Below, piece by piece: positions 23,768-36,009 of a DNA stretch of 64,000 nt; position 1 is the stretch's first letter; the number at the start of each line of letters is the position of its first letter. A model generated the notes under the pieces. It ran no database searches and was not told where the DNA came from. It was given only the letters and a program-made list of their open reading frames with translations. Source of the stretch: Dendrobates tinctorius (lineage: Eukaryota); contig NW_027361827.1 in assembly GCF_039654945.1 (NCBI RefSeq), positions 22,630,001-22,694,000 of the forward strand. Reading direction: 5' to 3'. The position numbers were made by a program, and so were the translations under genes.

Positions 23768-24471
23768 TGTGACGGAAGTCTGCATGTTTTGCTCAGCAGA
23801 TCTACTGCTGAGGGGTTTGCTATACATTGGGAGGCTTCCAGGTGACTTGGTGAGATGGGTGGGACCAGTCACCAACATACCCACCCAAGGGGGTGTGTGT
23901 CTGAACACCCAAGATGAAACCTGTGTATGGTTGTATGTTTGAGGACCTGTGGTGATGTGACGATCACCTGACTAGCCATGTGATTGGTACCTGGGTGTGT
24001 CTAGACCTATTTAAGAGTGAGTCAGAGTAGTTTGGGAGTGATGGTCTGGATGCTCTGTGTGTTGGAATGGCCTGGGACTGGACTTCCTGGAGAGCACATG
24101 GAAAGGCCCTGGACCTGGTAGAGTCTGTGACAGCTCTGCGTAGGGGAGCTACTGCCCGGCTGTGGGTCTGGAACTGTTAGGCGGCCTAGTGAGCAAGACA
24201 TTGTCTGGAATGGTGATCCCAGTGCGGCCGCTTCCCTGATAACCCGTGAGTGATACTGACCGGGGTCAGTAAGAGACTGTATTTGTGTTGTAAAGCTGAA
24301 TGTTTAAACGGACATGGTACTGGAAACTACATGCTATTAAGTTCATGAAGAGTGGTTTATGCTACAGTTTAATAAGCCGAATGAACTGCTTAACCCAGAG
24401 TGTCCCAGCGTATGCCTCAAAGACCAACCAAGCGAGTAAATCCCCATCCACACATACGGTGGATCGTTACA
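23768..24471 (+). mobile_element. Probable solo LTR
   Basis: TGTGACG...CGTTACA inverted ends, about 700 bp, internal tatttaa; TSD not evident. Confidence 0.55.
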
Positions 24472-24795
24472 CTGGTTATGAGGTGTCTTAAAAAGCTGAG
24501 GCTAAGGTCAGCTTCACAGTGACAAGTTAAGGATGTCATATAAGGTTGTCACGGTAAAAAAAACTCAAGTGGAGATGTACAATTTGTTTGTCTTGAGGGG
24601 AACTGAACACTTGTTGGCAGGTACCCTGACATATTACAGATGACGGACGGCAGTTTATGCAGCACAATAACTTTAAATTAACATAATTTTTAGCAAAGGG
24701 ACATTCCAACGAAAAAAAAAACAAAAAAAAAAAAAAAAACACACTTTAATGCCAAATTCATAACTTGTAACAATTGCTACAAAAATCCATCATAC

Positions 24796-25029
24796 CTGAT
24801 CCCTCTTCTTCTCCAGCTCCGCTATCTCTTTGCTCAGTTCTTTCACCTTCCGTTCATTCTCGGCCATTGTCTCCTGAAGTTTCTGAATAGAGTCCTGCAT
24901 TTCCGTCAGTTCCTCAGCAGAACGCACTTTGGTCTCCTCTGCACACATAAACTGGTAGGCTACATAGAGACGACTCAGATGTTCAATTTCTCTTGAGATC
25001 TTCTGGTATTCCAAATAAGAGGATCTTTC
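24796..25029 (-). CDS. SMC2: SMC2 exon ([22 protein letters not shown]...ELEKKRDQ), 234 nt
   Basis: Overlaps ORF 24790..25014; SMC2 coiled coil; tag| and |gtatga. Confidence 0.97.
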
Positions 25030-25568
25030 CTATGGAAAAAAAAACACAAGAAAACAATTATGGTATATCTTTAGAAGCTGGGCAGATAAATATAAATTAT
25101 GAAAAAATTATCCCAAAACATACTTTTACTGCCTTGCTGCACAAAAACAGGATTTTTGGGTTGCTTACCGTAAAATCTGTTTCTCGGAGCCATCATTGGG
25201 GGACACAGAGACCATGGGGTGTATGCTGCTGCCACTAGGAGGCTGACACCATGCACAAAAAAAGGTTAGCTCCTCCTCCGCAGTGTACACCCCACCGACT
25301 GGCAGGGAATTCCTTAGTTAGTGAGAAAGCAGTAGGAGAAGTAACAGAATAGATTGAAAACAGAACAAACAACTCAACTGTAACCAATCAACCAAAGTAA
25401 GAACAGGAGTTGTAGAACATGGGAGGGTGCTGTGTCCCCCAATGAAGGCTCCGAGAAACAGATTTTACGGTAAGCAACCTAAAAATCCTGTTTTCTCGTT
25501 CGCCTTATTGGGGGACAGAGACCATGGGACGTCCCAAAGCAGTCCCTGGGGTGGGAAACAAACTTCCA

Positions 25569-26640
25569 TCAGGCCAGTGGACTCACCACCGCTGCCTGCA
25601 GAATCCTTCTACCTAGGCTGGCGTCCGCCGAAGCGTAGGTGTTGACCCTGTAGAATTTCACAAACGTGTGAACCGAAGACCAGGTTGCAGCTTTGCAAAG
25701 CTGCAGCGCGGAGGCTCTGTGGCGTACCGCCCAGGAAGCACCCACTGCCCGGGTAGAGTGCGCTCTGATCCCAGGATGGGCCACTCGATGCTTAACCCGG
25801 TAGGCCTCCAAAATTGCCGATCTGATCCAGCGAGCAATAGTAGCTTTGGAAGCTGGGTGACCTTTCCGCGCCCCATCTGGAATGACGTAAAGAGAGTCTG
25901 TCTTTCGCAAGGAAGACGTCCTAGACAGAGACTCTCATCGCCCTGACCAGATCCAGCTTGTTCAGAGACCGCTCCCGAGGGTGAGTTGGACTCGGACAGA
26001 AGGACGGCAGAACAATATCCTCATTGAGGTGAAAGGAGGACACCACCTTCGGAAGAAAAGAGGGCGGAGGCCGCAGAACTACCTTGTCCTGGTGAAGTAC
26101 CAGGAAAGGATAGCGGCAAGAAAGAGCCGCCAATTCCGACACGCGCCGGATGGAGGTGATGGCCACCAGAAAAGCTACCTTCCAGGAGAGAAGGGCAAGG
26201 GAGACTTCTCTGAGAGGTTCAAAGGGAGAACCTTGCAGAACCTCAAGAACCAGATTAAGGTCCAATAGATCCACGGGCGCTCGATACGGAGGAGCCGTGT
26301 GGGCCATGCCCTGAAGAAAGGTTCTGACCTGAGGGCAGGAGGCCAAAGTCTTCTGAAATAAAATGGACAGCGCCGAAACTTGACCCTTCAAGGAACTGAG
26401 AGCAACCCCGCATCCAGCCCTGCCTGAAGAAACGCCAGAACGGAAGGGAGCGAAAAGCACATAGGCGCGATGTTATTGGCCTCACACCAAGTGAAATAGG
26501 CCTTCCAAGTACGGTAGTAAATTTTGGAAGATGATGGCTTCCTGGCTCGGATCATGGTATGAATTACTTGACCGGAGAATTCTGCTCGTTTCAAAACCTC
26601 GGTCTCAACAGCCACGCCGTTAAATTGAGCGGCCGAGAAT
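25569..26640 (-). pseudogene. DIRS-C tyrosine recombinase, frameshifted
   Basis: SIRRVSEL, AHSTRAV, AATW and FVKFY motifs. Confidence 0.9.
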
Positions 26641-28300
26641 TGGGGTGGCAAATCGGACCTTGAGACAGCAGATCTGCCCTGTCCGGAAGCTTCCAGGGGG
26701 CGTCCACGAGAAGGTTGACAATGTCCGCGAACCAAGACCTTCTGGGCCAATTCGGGGCGATGAGAATGACTGGAATTCCTTCTGCTTTGATCTTCAACAG
26801 CTTGGGAAGAAGAGGCAGGGGAGGAAACAGGTAGGGGAGCTTGAACTGTGACCAAGGAATGGCCAGAGCGTCGGCGCCCACTGCGAGAGGATCTCGAGTT
26901 CTGGATACAAACTGTGGGACCTTCCTGTTGAGGCGAGAAGCTAGCAGATCTACGTCCGGGGTTCCCCAACGACTGCAGAGCTGAAGAAATACCTCCGGAT
27001 GTAGGGACCACTCTCCTGCCGCGAGACCCTCGCGGCTGAGAAAGTCGGCGGCCCAGTTGTCTACGCCGGGAATGTGTACCGTGGAGATTGTCGGTACCGA
27101 AATCTCTGCCCACTGAAGGATCTTGGACACTTCTGCCAGGGCTGAGACACTCCGTGTCCCTCCTTGGCGGTTGACATATGCCACCGCTGTGGCACTGTGT
27201 CTGAATCCGGACAGGCAGGCCCCTGAGGAGCCTCTCCCAGTGGACGAGAGCCAGATGGATTGCTCGTATCTCTAGGACGTTGATCGGCAGAGCAGATTCT
27301 TGAGTCGACCAACGACCCTGAACAGTGTGATTGCGGAACACTGCACCCCAGCCGAGGAGGCTGGCATCCGTTGTTACAATCTGCCAGTGAACAGGAAGAA
27401 AAGACCGCCCCAAGAGGATGAGAGGTGACGTCAACCACCAGTTGAGTGACCGCTTGATCCGGCATGAAAGACGAACAGAGCGATCCAGGGACAGAGCCGA
27501 CCTGTTCCACCTCGACAGAATGGCGTGTTGGAGAGGTCTGGCGTGAAATTGGGCAAAGGGAACTGCGTCTATCGCCGCCACCATCTTTCCCAGGACCCTC
27601 ATAGCTGTTCGGAGGGACGGAAATCGTGTGGTCTGCAGCGATCGTACAGCCTGCTGCAGGGAGAGAATCTTCTCTTGTGGGAGAAAGACCCTTGATCGAC
27701 GAGTGTCGAACAGTAGGCCCAGAAACACAAGACGTTGACTAGGGACCAGACAGGACTTTTTCCTGTTGACGATCCACCCGAAATCGGAGAGAGTGTCCAG
27801 GATGATCGTCAAACTTAGGCATGCCTGTTGGAAAGAGGGAGCTTTGATCAGAATATCGTCGAGGTACGGAAAAAGAACGAGACCTCTGATCCTCAACAAG
27901 GCCATCAACGCAGCCATGATCTTTGTGAAGACTCTGGGAGCGGTGGCGAGACCGAAGGGCAGCGCGACAAACTGGTAATGTTCCTGGCGAACCGCAAAAC
28001 GCAGGAACTTCTGATGTCCGGAGAATATGGGAACATGTTGATAGGCATCTTGGATGTCTATCGAACACATGAATTCCTGCTCCTCCATGGAAGCGATTAC
28101 CGAACGAACCGACTCCATGCGGAAGTGACGAAGACGAACTCTCTTGTTGAGCAGCTTGAGATCCAAGATGGGTCGGACCGCCCCGTCTTTTTTCGGCACG
28201 ACAAACAGGTTTGAATAAAACCCTGTAAACCGCTCCGATTCTGGAACGGGCACAATCACCCCGGAACTGAGGAGAGAGTCGATGGCCGTAAAGAACCCCG
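26591..28300 (-). pseudogene. DIRS-C ORF2: RT, RNase H, MT-like; one frameshift near 27190
   Basis: IDIQDAY, LPFGL, YLDD, TTDAS, VDLLAS, YLFPP. Confidence 0.92.
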
Positions 28301-29768
28301 GATCTGGATGGTCTGCCCTGCGAAGAGTGGGAGCGCCAGGAGGGAGTGGGTCTGAAGGAAACGTTCTTCCTATCTTGGCGTGCCTGCGGTCTTTGTTGGT
28401 TGGAGGAGGTCTCCGCCGTATTGAAACGGCGGTAAGCCCAAAAGGGTCGAAACTGACGCCTCAGTGGGGGTCTGCGAGGCTTGGACTGAGGCAGGAGAGA
28501 ACTCGTGCCTCCGGTGGCATCCTTAATAATTTGGTCCAATTGGGATCCAAAGAGGCGCCCTCCCTGAAAAGGCAGATTAGTAAGAGACTTTTTAGATGAC
28601 GACAGGTCCGCCTGCCAGGCCTTGAGCCAAATTGTACGTCGGACTGCCACAACGTTACTTGACGCCTGAACTGCGCAGGATGCGGCATCCAAAGAAGCAG
28701 AAAGCAGATAATCCCCTGCATGGGAAATCTGATTGGCAAGATCGGCCAATCGATCTGGTTGTGCTTTCTCTAGGATGCTCTGACGAAGATCCTCTGCCCA
28801 AGTGGCTATGGCTTTTGCTGCCCAAGATGAAGCAAAAATTGGGCATACCGCCGTCAAAGCCGCTTCGAAGGCAGACTTCGCTAGGGATTCTATGATCCTA
28901 TCATTAGAATCCTTAAGAGACGCCACGCCTGAAAGCGGGAGAACCATGTTATTAGAAAGCCTGGACACGGGCGGATCGACTGAGGGAGAGGCAGACCAGT
29001 TGTCCGTGAGCTCTTTAGCAAACGGGTACAGAACGCCGAGACGCTTCCCTCGTTGAAAGCGTATGGTCGGATCCCCTCTTTACCTGGTAAAAATCTTTAC
29101 AAACTCGGAATGTAAAAGGAATACCCTGGAGGGTGTTTCTTCCCGTCTGAACGAAACCTCCTGATCTGAGGATTTCGCAGGAGGGTCAGCAATGTCGAAG
29201 GTCTGATGGATCACTGCAATGAGGTTCTGCACAGTAACCCTCATGTTCGCATCCTGGTCCGAATCCAGCTCTAAGATCCCCTCAGATGACCTGTCCGAGA
29301 GCGCTTCACCTGACTCGGGACAGGAGGCCCGGGAGGGAGGCTGCCGAGAAGGACTATGTGGTGACATGGGGTGAGGAGAGGATTCCGGCTGGAGATCCTG
29401 CCTGGGTCTTTTGCGACTAACGCTGGCCGACTCAGATGGAACCTCTTGAGGCCTGCTGGACCCTGTAGAGGTGTCCAGGGGCAACTTATTCAGGACGGCT
29501 ACTAGGGACTGAGACACCCTGGTGAGGTCTGCCACTGACTGTGATAGAGACGAGGCCCAGCCAGGCATGGGGGGGGGGGTTCACTCTCGCCTGGGGCCCT
29601 AGATGGCTCCTGGGCGGCGTCAGGTTGAATAGGATTGCTACAGTCCAGGCAGAGGGAAGTGGACTGACCTGAGGGAAGTTTGCGATTGCAAGAAGAGCAT
29701 GCAAAAAACTTGACGAGAGTGCAGGAGGGGGCCGCAGGGCGGTTACGGTCAGATTTGGAGTTAGACAT
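28300..29768 (-). pseudogene. DIRS-C ORF1 (gag-like with CSSC...CLDC finger)
   Basis: ORFs 29502..29768, 29080..29568 and the first half of 27739..28968. Confidence 0.88.
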
Positions 29769-29776
29769 AGTGAAAC

Positions 29777-29849
29777 CTGAGGTAGTGCCGAAAGGTTGGG
29801 GGACAGGGTGCAGAGAAGGGTGTCAGCCTGCAGATGCAGAGCTACTCAC
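29777..29849 (-). other. Putative 73-nt intron in the DIRS-C leader, ending 8 nt before the ORF1 ATG
   Basis: GTGAGT...gCTGAC...pyrimidine tract...CAG|gtttcactATG. Confidence 0.65.
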
Positions 29850-31345
29850 GATCCGGTGACCCCAGAGAAGAAGGTAGCCACCTCTCTGCAGCTGCAGGTC
29901 AGAGCGATATCCAGCTGACAGGCCCAGGGAGCGATATCCGGCTGACAGGGGCGTCCGGCTGTGCGGCTGCAAGATGGCGACCGTCTGAGAGGAATCAGGG
30001 AAAAACGCGCTCCCAGGGGAAGGAGGGCGGAGCTAACCGCCTGCTGAATCCGGCACCGCCCCTGGCCAGGAACAGGCTGAGAAGAGCGGTGGGAGGGCCT
30101 GGAAAGGGCGGGAGAGAAGCCCGCTTAGTAGAACTGTGCGGGGGGCTTGGCCGCGATACAGGAGTAGGCCCGAACTGAAGCCGGGGCCTAAATTAATGGC
30201 GGCGGCCGCGCGGAGGATCCGCAACATGAGTGCTGCCGGGAAAAGACCCCTGTCCGGAATAGGGACAGCGGCTGACCACAAAAAAAGGCTGCCTGGAGGC
30301 GCGGGACGGCCACGGAGACCCGCAGTGCTAAGGGAATCTCTCCTGACCAAGTCCAGAGACGAGTGGGGATCTAATACTCACCCTGTCCCGGGCCCGAACC
30401 CTGAAAATAAAGGTACCTTCTGATTGAAGCTTGTCTGCGTCTCATCCGACCGACAGGCTCTGGCAGGCGAGTGGGTGGGAGACGGACGACCAGCACTCTC
30501 AGAAAAGCCGACACGTATACATGTTGGCGTCCGCACGGAAGGCTGCTGGTCCTGGTGCAGAGAGCTGCGAGGATACGGGGCGGCAGTACGCGCCGTACTC
30601 GCAGCCTCTTCGTGGGACTACAGAGGTGACTATTCACCCTGTATCCCTCCGGAGAAACCTGAAAAGGAACGACGCACATCGAGGTAGATATGGGTCTAAT
30701 GAAAGACCCGTGTCCACCTCTTACTGACACTAAGCTAAACCGAGGAATTCCCTGCCGGTCGGTGGGGTGTACACTGCGGAGGAGGAGCTAACCTTTTTTG
30801 GGCATAGTGTCAGCCTCCTAGTGGCAGCAGCATACACCCCATGGTCTCTGTGTCCCCCAATAAGGCGAACGAGAAAGATCTAAATTCTGGCTTCACATAA
30901 TTGCTAGAGCCCATATCAAGGTTTCATTGCATACACACTACCAAAGAAGTAATAAATACAGCTTCATTTGATTTGACACATGCAATATTACCTATAGCCA
31001 CTATTATCAAACATACTAATAAAGTATGGGCAGCACAGCATTTTTCTGTACCAGTCCAAGCTCCAACAGATAATATAATCTAGAAAAAAAAGCAGGAGCA
31101 AAATATGGAATAATACAGCAGCATTAAAGGCTCACTTAGTGAAATGTTTTATTTGCCCATTTATCAGGAATCATGTGTGTAAGTGTAATGATGCCAGTAA
31201 TATACCCACCGGTTGCAGTCTTGTGGGGTCAGCAGTGTTCAGATATCATGTGACTGCATGTGTGACCCACCAGATCAAACAGTGGTTGTTGTGTGGAGCG
31301 GAGGGGTTACTTTTTTTTTAACTTTTCTTAATAAAAGTCTATTAA

Positions 31346-31700
31346 AAGGGAACCTGTCAGCAGGATTGTGCTCAGTAGACTACAGTGTGCGGTCGGCGCC
31401 ATTATACTGATTAAAATGATAGCTTGGTTGATGAAATCTGTCTTGTGGCGGTTTAATCTTTATTTGTAGTTTTCAATTAATGAGATTCTCATGCTTCAGG
31501 GCAGGGCTGTGGGGTGGGAGGTCTTCATGTGATGCTCTGATTAGCTATTCATGTGTATGGCATTTGATCCCTCAGTGACCTGCCCCCTATTTTACATAAT
31601 GCATATAAAATTGTTGGCTTAGAAAAAAAAAAATTAAATATTAGAAAAATGGCGCCGGCAACAGCGCATATGCAGTAGCATCTATCGCTTGATGGTGTGG
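31346..31700. mobile_element. Truncated T2/Kolobok-like MITE (left arm)
   Basis: ttaa followed by aagggaacctgtca, similar to the terminus at 34159; right end not found. Confidence 0.5.
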
Positions 31701-32699
31701 CTCGTGGCGACCGTCCTGCCTTTCCCCCGTCACTCATGGAAGGTATTCCAGCGACACCCTCACCAAGAGGCTCAGATACCGGGCTCCTGATACTGTCGAC
31801 TGGGGCTACAAGAAACAAGACAAGATGCCCTCCAGCTAAATAGGACTGTCCGCTCACTCTCAGACTCTTTTTTTTTTCCTCCAAATTTAGGCCTAGCCCC
31901 ATCTTTGTTTAGGTCATGCCCACACTGTCTTAGCCAGCCCTTTTTAGACCAATTCTTGCAATTTTTACTGCCCCTTTAGGGCAAGCTCTCGGCCAGCCCT
32001 TTCTGGGTCCACCCCCTCCCATCCGATGCTATTGCTCATACGGCCTCTTGGTCCACTGCAGCCTGCGCTCCCTGGCACAGCTCCGGCCGTGACTGTCTGC
32101 AGTCCCGGGCCAGCTCCATCTGCCCCTGGCAGTTCCGGCCACGTCCTCACACATGATCCTCTTTCAGCACTCTCATCTTTTGTGCACTGGGGTCTTCACA
32201 CAACACAAGGTAGGTCCAGTCTAGGCTATCCGGTTTTCAGGCTCAGCCTACCATCAGTCCCAGTCCAGCCTGTCAACCCCTTATAGTGTGAACATGGCCT
32301 TAAGGACACTATATGACCAAAAGTGGACACCTGCTCAGCACTCCTAGAGAGTTTGTGGGTTTTTCTCATTCCTTAAAACATAGAGCTGGTTGGTCTCCTC
32401 ATTCCAAGACCATTAATGTTATTATGGAAAAGGTCAACCGCAAGACTGCCCCCAGGTCAGCAAACAGACCTTGCACCAAGTTCAGCAGCCCAAAACACTC
32501 AAGTCTCTCGGGAGTCCCTCGCAACCAGCGAAAAGAACACACCTCCTCAGAGGATTGCTGCCCCATTTCATTTATTCCCACCTAACCAAGGTATCCCAGC
32601 CCTTGGTAAATGTCCCAATGCAACTGCCTAATAAACCCTACACTTGGTTGCTCTGATCATTTCCTGAGATGAACCAGATGCACTGCAGCTATGGCAGAT

Positions 32700-33200
32700 C
32701 ATGCATAGGTCCAAGCAATGGTTGCACTCTAGCTCCATGTCTGGATCCCCTTTGATCCCTGCGTCATCCAGGATTACGTCTATGTCTCACTCTTCTTTCC
32801 AAGAGGCAGCCCCGGGGTCGGAACCCCCCGTCCGAATAAGACGCCAATTAGACCCTCCAAGCTACAAGACATGATATATAGCCTGAAAACAGCTGTCAAA
32901 CAGACTCTCGGAGTCATGGAAGATGAGACTCCTCCCACGACGAAAGCTAAACTTCCTGAGGGACACAAACCCATTGTGCGGGAGTTTTTTCTTCAACCAC
33001 GAAAAATATGACAAAGGTTTCCTGCAGACGTGTAGCAAAGGAAATGGTATCCAGAGCAGGTAACGTTCTGTGATTCTTTTTTTCTCTTCGGCCCTGTCTT
33101 TCTGTAGGATTCTACGGACACTCCTACAGCTGGATCCGCCCGCAGCCTGAGGTCCCTGGTCAGCTAGATTCCTGGTCCCTGTCAGGGTGCACCCGTTTAA
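32700..33200 (+). mobile_element. Decayed DIRS gag fragment, antisense to SMC2
   Basis: LQDMIYSLKTAVKQTLGV resembles VQSLIVSVNQTINI of copy E; DPP motif near 33134. Confidence 0.55.
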
Positions 33201-33324
33201 AGTACAGTTGAAACTAGAAGTTTATATACACTATATAAAGAGACACATATGCATGTTTTCCTCAATATCTGACAAGAAATCAGAATAAAACTTTCCCGGT
33301 TAAGGACAATTAGGATTACCATAA

Positions 33325-34111
33325 TCTATATATATAAAAATGAGTGTATGTATGTATGTATGTATCAGCCACGCCCACTCCACATAGCCCCACCCAATCA
33401 CTCAACAGCTTTTATTTCTCCAGAGCTGTTTAAAAGAAGCGGAGCTGTGATTGGTTGCTATGAGCAACAGTTTTCCCACTCCACAACACCTCAGCAGACA
33501 CTGACCGGATGGGAGAAATCTAGCTTCCCTGGGAACATAAGCTCCCAGCCATTGTCTGCCCCCCAGAAAGGAGCAGTGAGCACATGACAGAAATAAATCA
33601 CCCCCTCCCTGCCCATATACCCATCCTCCATCCCATAGACACATCTTCCCTCTTAAAGGGATCTCCGCATGGAAGTTAGGGCAAATCCCTCAGCGCTCTG
33701 ATTCGGACACCAGACTTCTATTAAAGGGATCATTGGTATGGAAGTCAGGGCAAATCCACTCTGCGCTCTGGTTCTGACCCCAGGCTGACGGGATGATGTG
33801 GCATATTAAGGGTAGTAGTCCGGTGGCTGACGGGATGATGTGGGATATCAGGGGTAATAGTCCGGTGGCTCTGACCGGATGCTGTGGGATATTAGGGGTA
33901 GTAGTCTGGTGGCTCTGGCTGACGGGATGATGTCGTATATTAGTGGTAGTAGTCCGGTGGCTCTGACGGGATGATGTGGGATATTAGGGGTAGTAGTCCA
34001 GTGGCTCTGACGGCATGATGTGGGATATTAGGGGTAGTATATCCATAATAATTTGTTACAACTAACCGTAGTTAGTTACTATGCCCGGGCAACGCTGGCC
34101 TCTTCAGCCAT
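33325..34111 (+). mobile_element. Non-autonomous Helitron with internal minisatellite (about 41-bp unit, 33783-34040)
   Basis: 5' TC (tctatatatataa); 3' GC hairpin cccgggcaacgctgg followed by degenerate CTAG; inserted between A and T relative to the uninterrupted TIR copy near 38625. Confidence 0.75.
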
Positions 34112-34158
34112 TTATTAATATTTTCCAAATGGAAGAGTAATGAGTAAGAATGTTTTAA

Positions 34159-34760
34159 AGGGAATCTGTCACCTCATTTTTCCGCTATGAGATGCGGCCA
34201 CCGCCATCAGGGGCTTATTTACAGCATTATGTAATGCTGTAGATAAGCCCCCGATGTAACCGGAAAGATAAGAAAAACGAGTTAGATTATACTCACCCCG
34301 CGGGTCCGGTTCGGACCGATGGGTGTCATGGTCCGGTGCCTCTCATCTTCTAGTGATGACTCCCTCCTTCTTACTTCTGCCGAGGCTCCTGCGCAGGCGT
34401 ACTTACTCGGCTCTGTTGATGGCAGAGTAAAGTACCTCAGTGCGCAGGCGCCAGACCTCTCTGACCTTCCCCGGCATCTGCGCACTGCAGTACTCTGCTC
34501 TGCCTTCAACAGTGCAGAGTAAGTACGCCTGTGCAGGAGCCGAGGCAGAAGTTAGGAGGAGGGAGTCATCTCTAGAAGATAGGAGGCGCCGGACTGCAAC
34601 ACCCATCGGACCGGATACCGGGGTGAGTATAATCTAACTCGTTTTTCTTATCTTTCAGGTTACATCGGGGGCTTATCTACAGCATTACAGAATTCTGTAG
34701 ATAAGCCCCTCATGGCGGTGGCCGCATCTCATATGCCAAAAACGAGGTGACAGATTCCCT
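34159..34760. mobile_element. Palindromic T2/Kolobok-like MITE
   Basis: TTAA|agggaatctgtcacctc ... gaggtgacagattccct|TTAA; the whole element is an inverted repeat. Confidence 0.92.
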
Positions 34761-36009
34761 TTAAGGCATTTTTACTTACTGCAAAATCAAAGGTTTACAT
34801 ATTTCATTAGCATTTGGTACCATCGCCCTTAAACTGAATGAATTGGGTCAAACGTTTGGGATATCCTTCCACAAGCTTTTCACAATAGTTTTTCGGAATT
34901 TGAGCTTAATCCTCCTGACAAAACTGGTGTAACTGATCCAGGTTTGTAGGTCGCCTTGGTGGCACCTGCCTTTTCAGCTTTCCCATACATTTTCAAAAGG
35001 ATTGAGCTCAGGGCTTTGTGATGGCCACTCCGAAACATTGCCTTTGTTATCCTTAACCCACTCTGTTAACATTTTGGCAGTATGCTTTGTGCTATTGTAC
35101 ATTTGGAAGAACCATTTACGCCCAAACTTCAACTTCCTGGCTGATGTCTTGAGATGTTGCTTCAGTATTGTCACATAATCTTTTCTCATGATGCCATCTA
35201 TTTTGTGAAGTGCACCAGTCCCTCCGGTAGCAAAACAGCCCCACAACATGATGCTGCCACCCCCGTGTTTCACAGTTGGTATGGTGTGCTTAGGCCTCCA
35301 AACTTCTCCCTTTTTCCTCCAAACAGAACAATGGTGATTATGCCCAATAAGTTCAATTTTAGTTTCATTCGACCACAAGACATGTCTCCAAAAATTAAGA
35401 TATTTATTCCTCTGTGCCTTTGCAAACATTAATCTGGCTTTTTTATGTTTCTTTTGGAGTAATGGCTTCTTCCCGGCAGAGTGGCCTTTCAGCCAATGTT
35501 GATACAGTACTCATTTCACTGTGATATTGACACAATCTTACCAGCTTCCACCATCATCTTCACAAGGTCTTTTGCTTTTGTCCCTGGGTTGATAAGCACA
35601 TGTCAGACCAAAACTCGTTCATCTCTGGGACACAGAACCTGTCTCCTTCCTGACCGGTATGATTGCTGGACATTCCCATCTTGTTTGTACTTTAATGTAG
35701 TTGTTTGTACAGATGAGAGGGGTACCTTCAGGCATCTTGAAATTGTACCCAAGGATGAGCCAGACTTGTGCAAGTCCACAATTCTCTTCGTGATAGCTTG
35801 AATGATTTCTTTAGACTTTCCCATGAAGCTACACAAAGAAGCAGTGTGTTTCAGGCGTGCATTAAATACATCCACAGGTGGGTCTCCAATTAACTCAGAT
35901 GTTGCCAAAAAAACTCAGAAGCTTCCAAACACATGACATCATATGAGCAGTCAGTCCAGAATTGTTTAAAGGCATAATAATCTTAGTGTATGCAAACTTT
36001 TAACTTTTT

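Larger units (their letters stand above)
25144..30876 (-). mobile_element. DIRS copy C, both termini intact, internal deletion at the gag/RT boundary
   Basis: ITRs at about 25195-25315 and 30743-30876; ICR 25428-25528; gag, RT (PYLDD), RNase H, MT-like and YR domains. Confidence 0.96.
33204..36005 (-). mobile_element. Tc1 element with decayed transposase (about 34880-35825), carrying Helitron and MITE insertions
   Basis: TIR start cagttgaaactagaagttta; LWSNETK, TVKHGGGSIMLWGCF, WPSQSPELNPFENVW. Confidence 0.9.

Noticed and set aside
31700-32660. Unassigned moderately GC-rich stretch with short ORFs
   Set aside because: No motif, terminus or splice-consistent homology recognised; probably decayed repeat.
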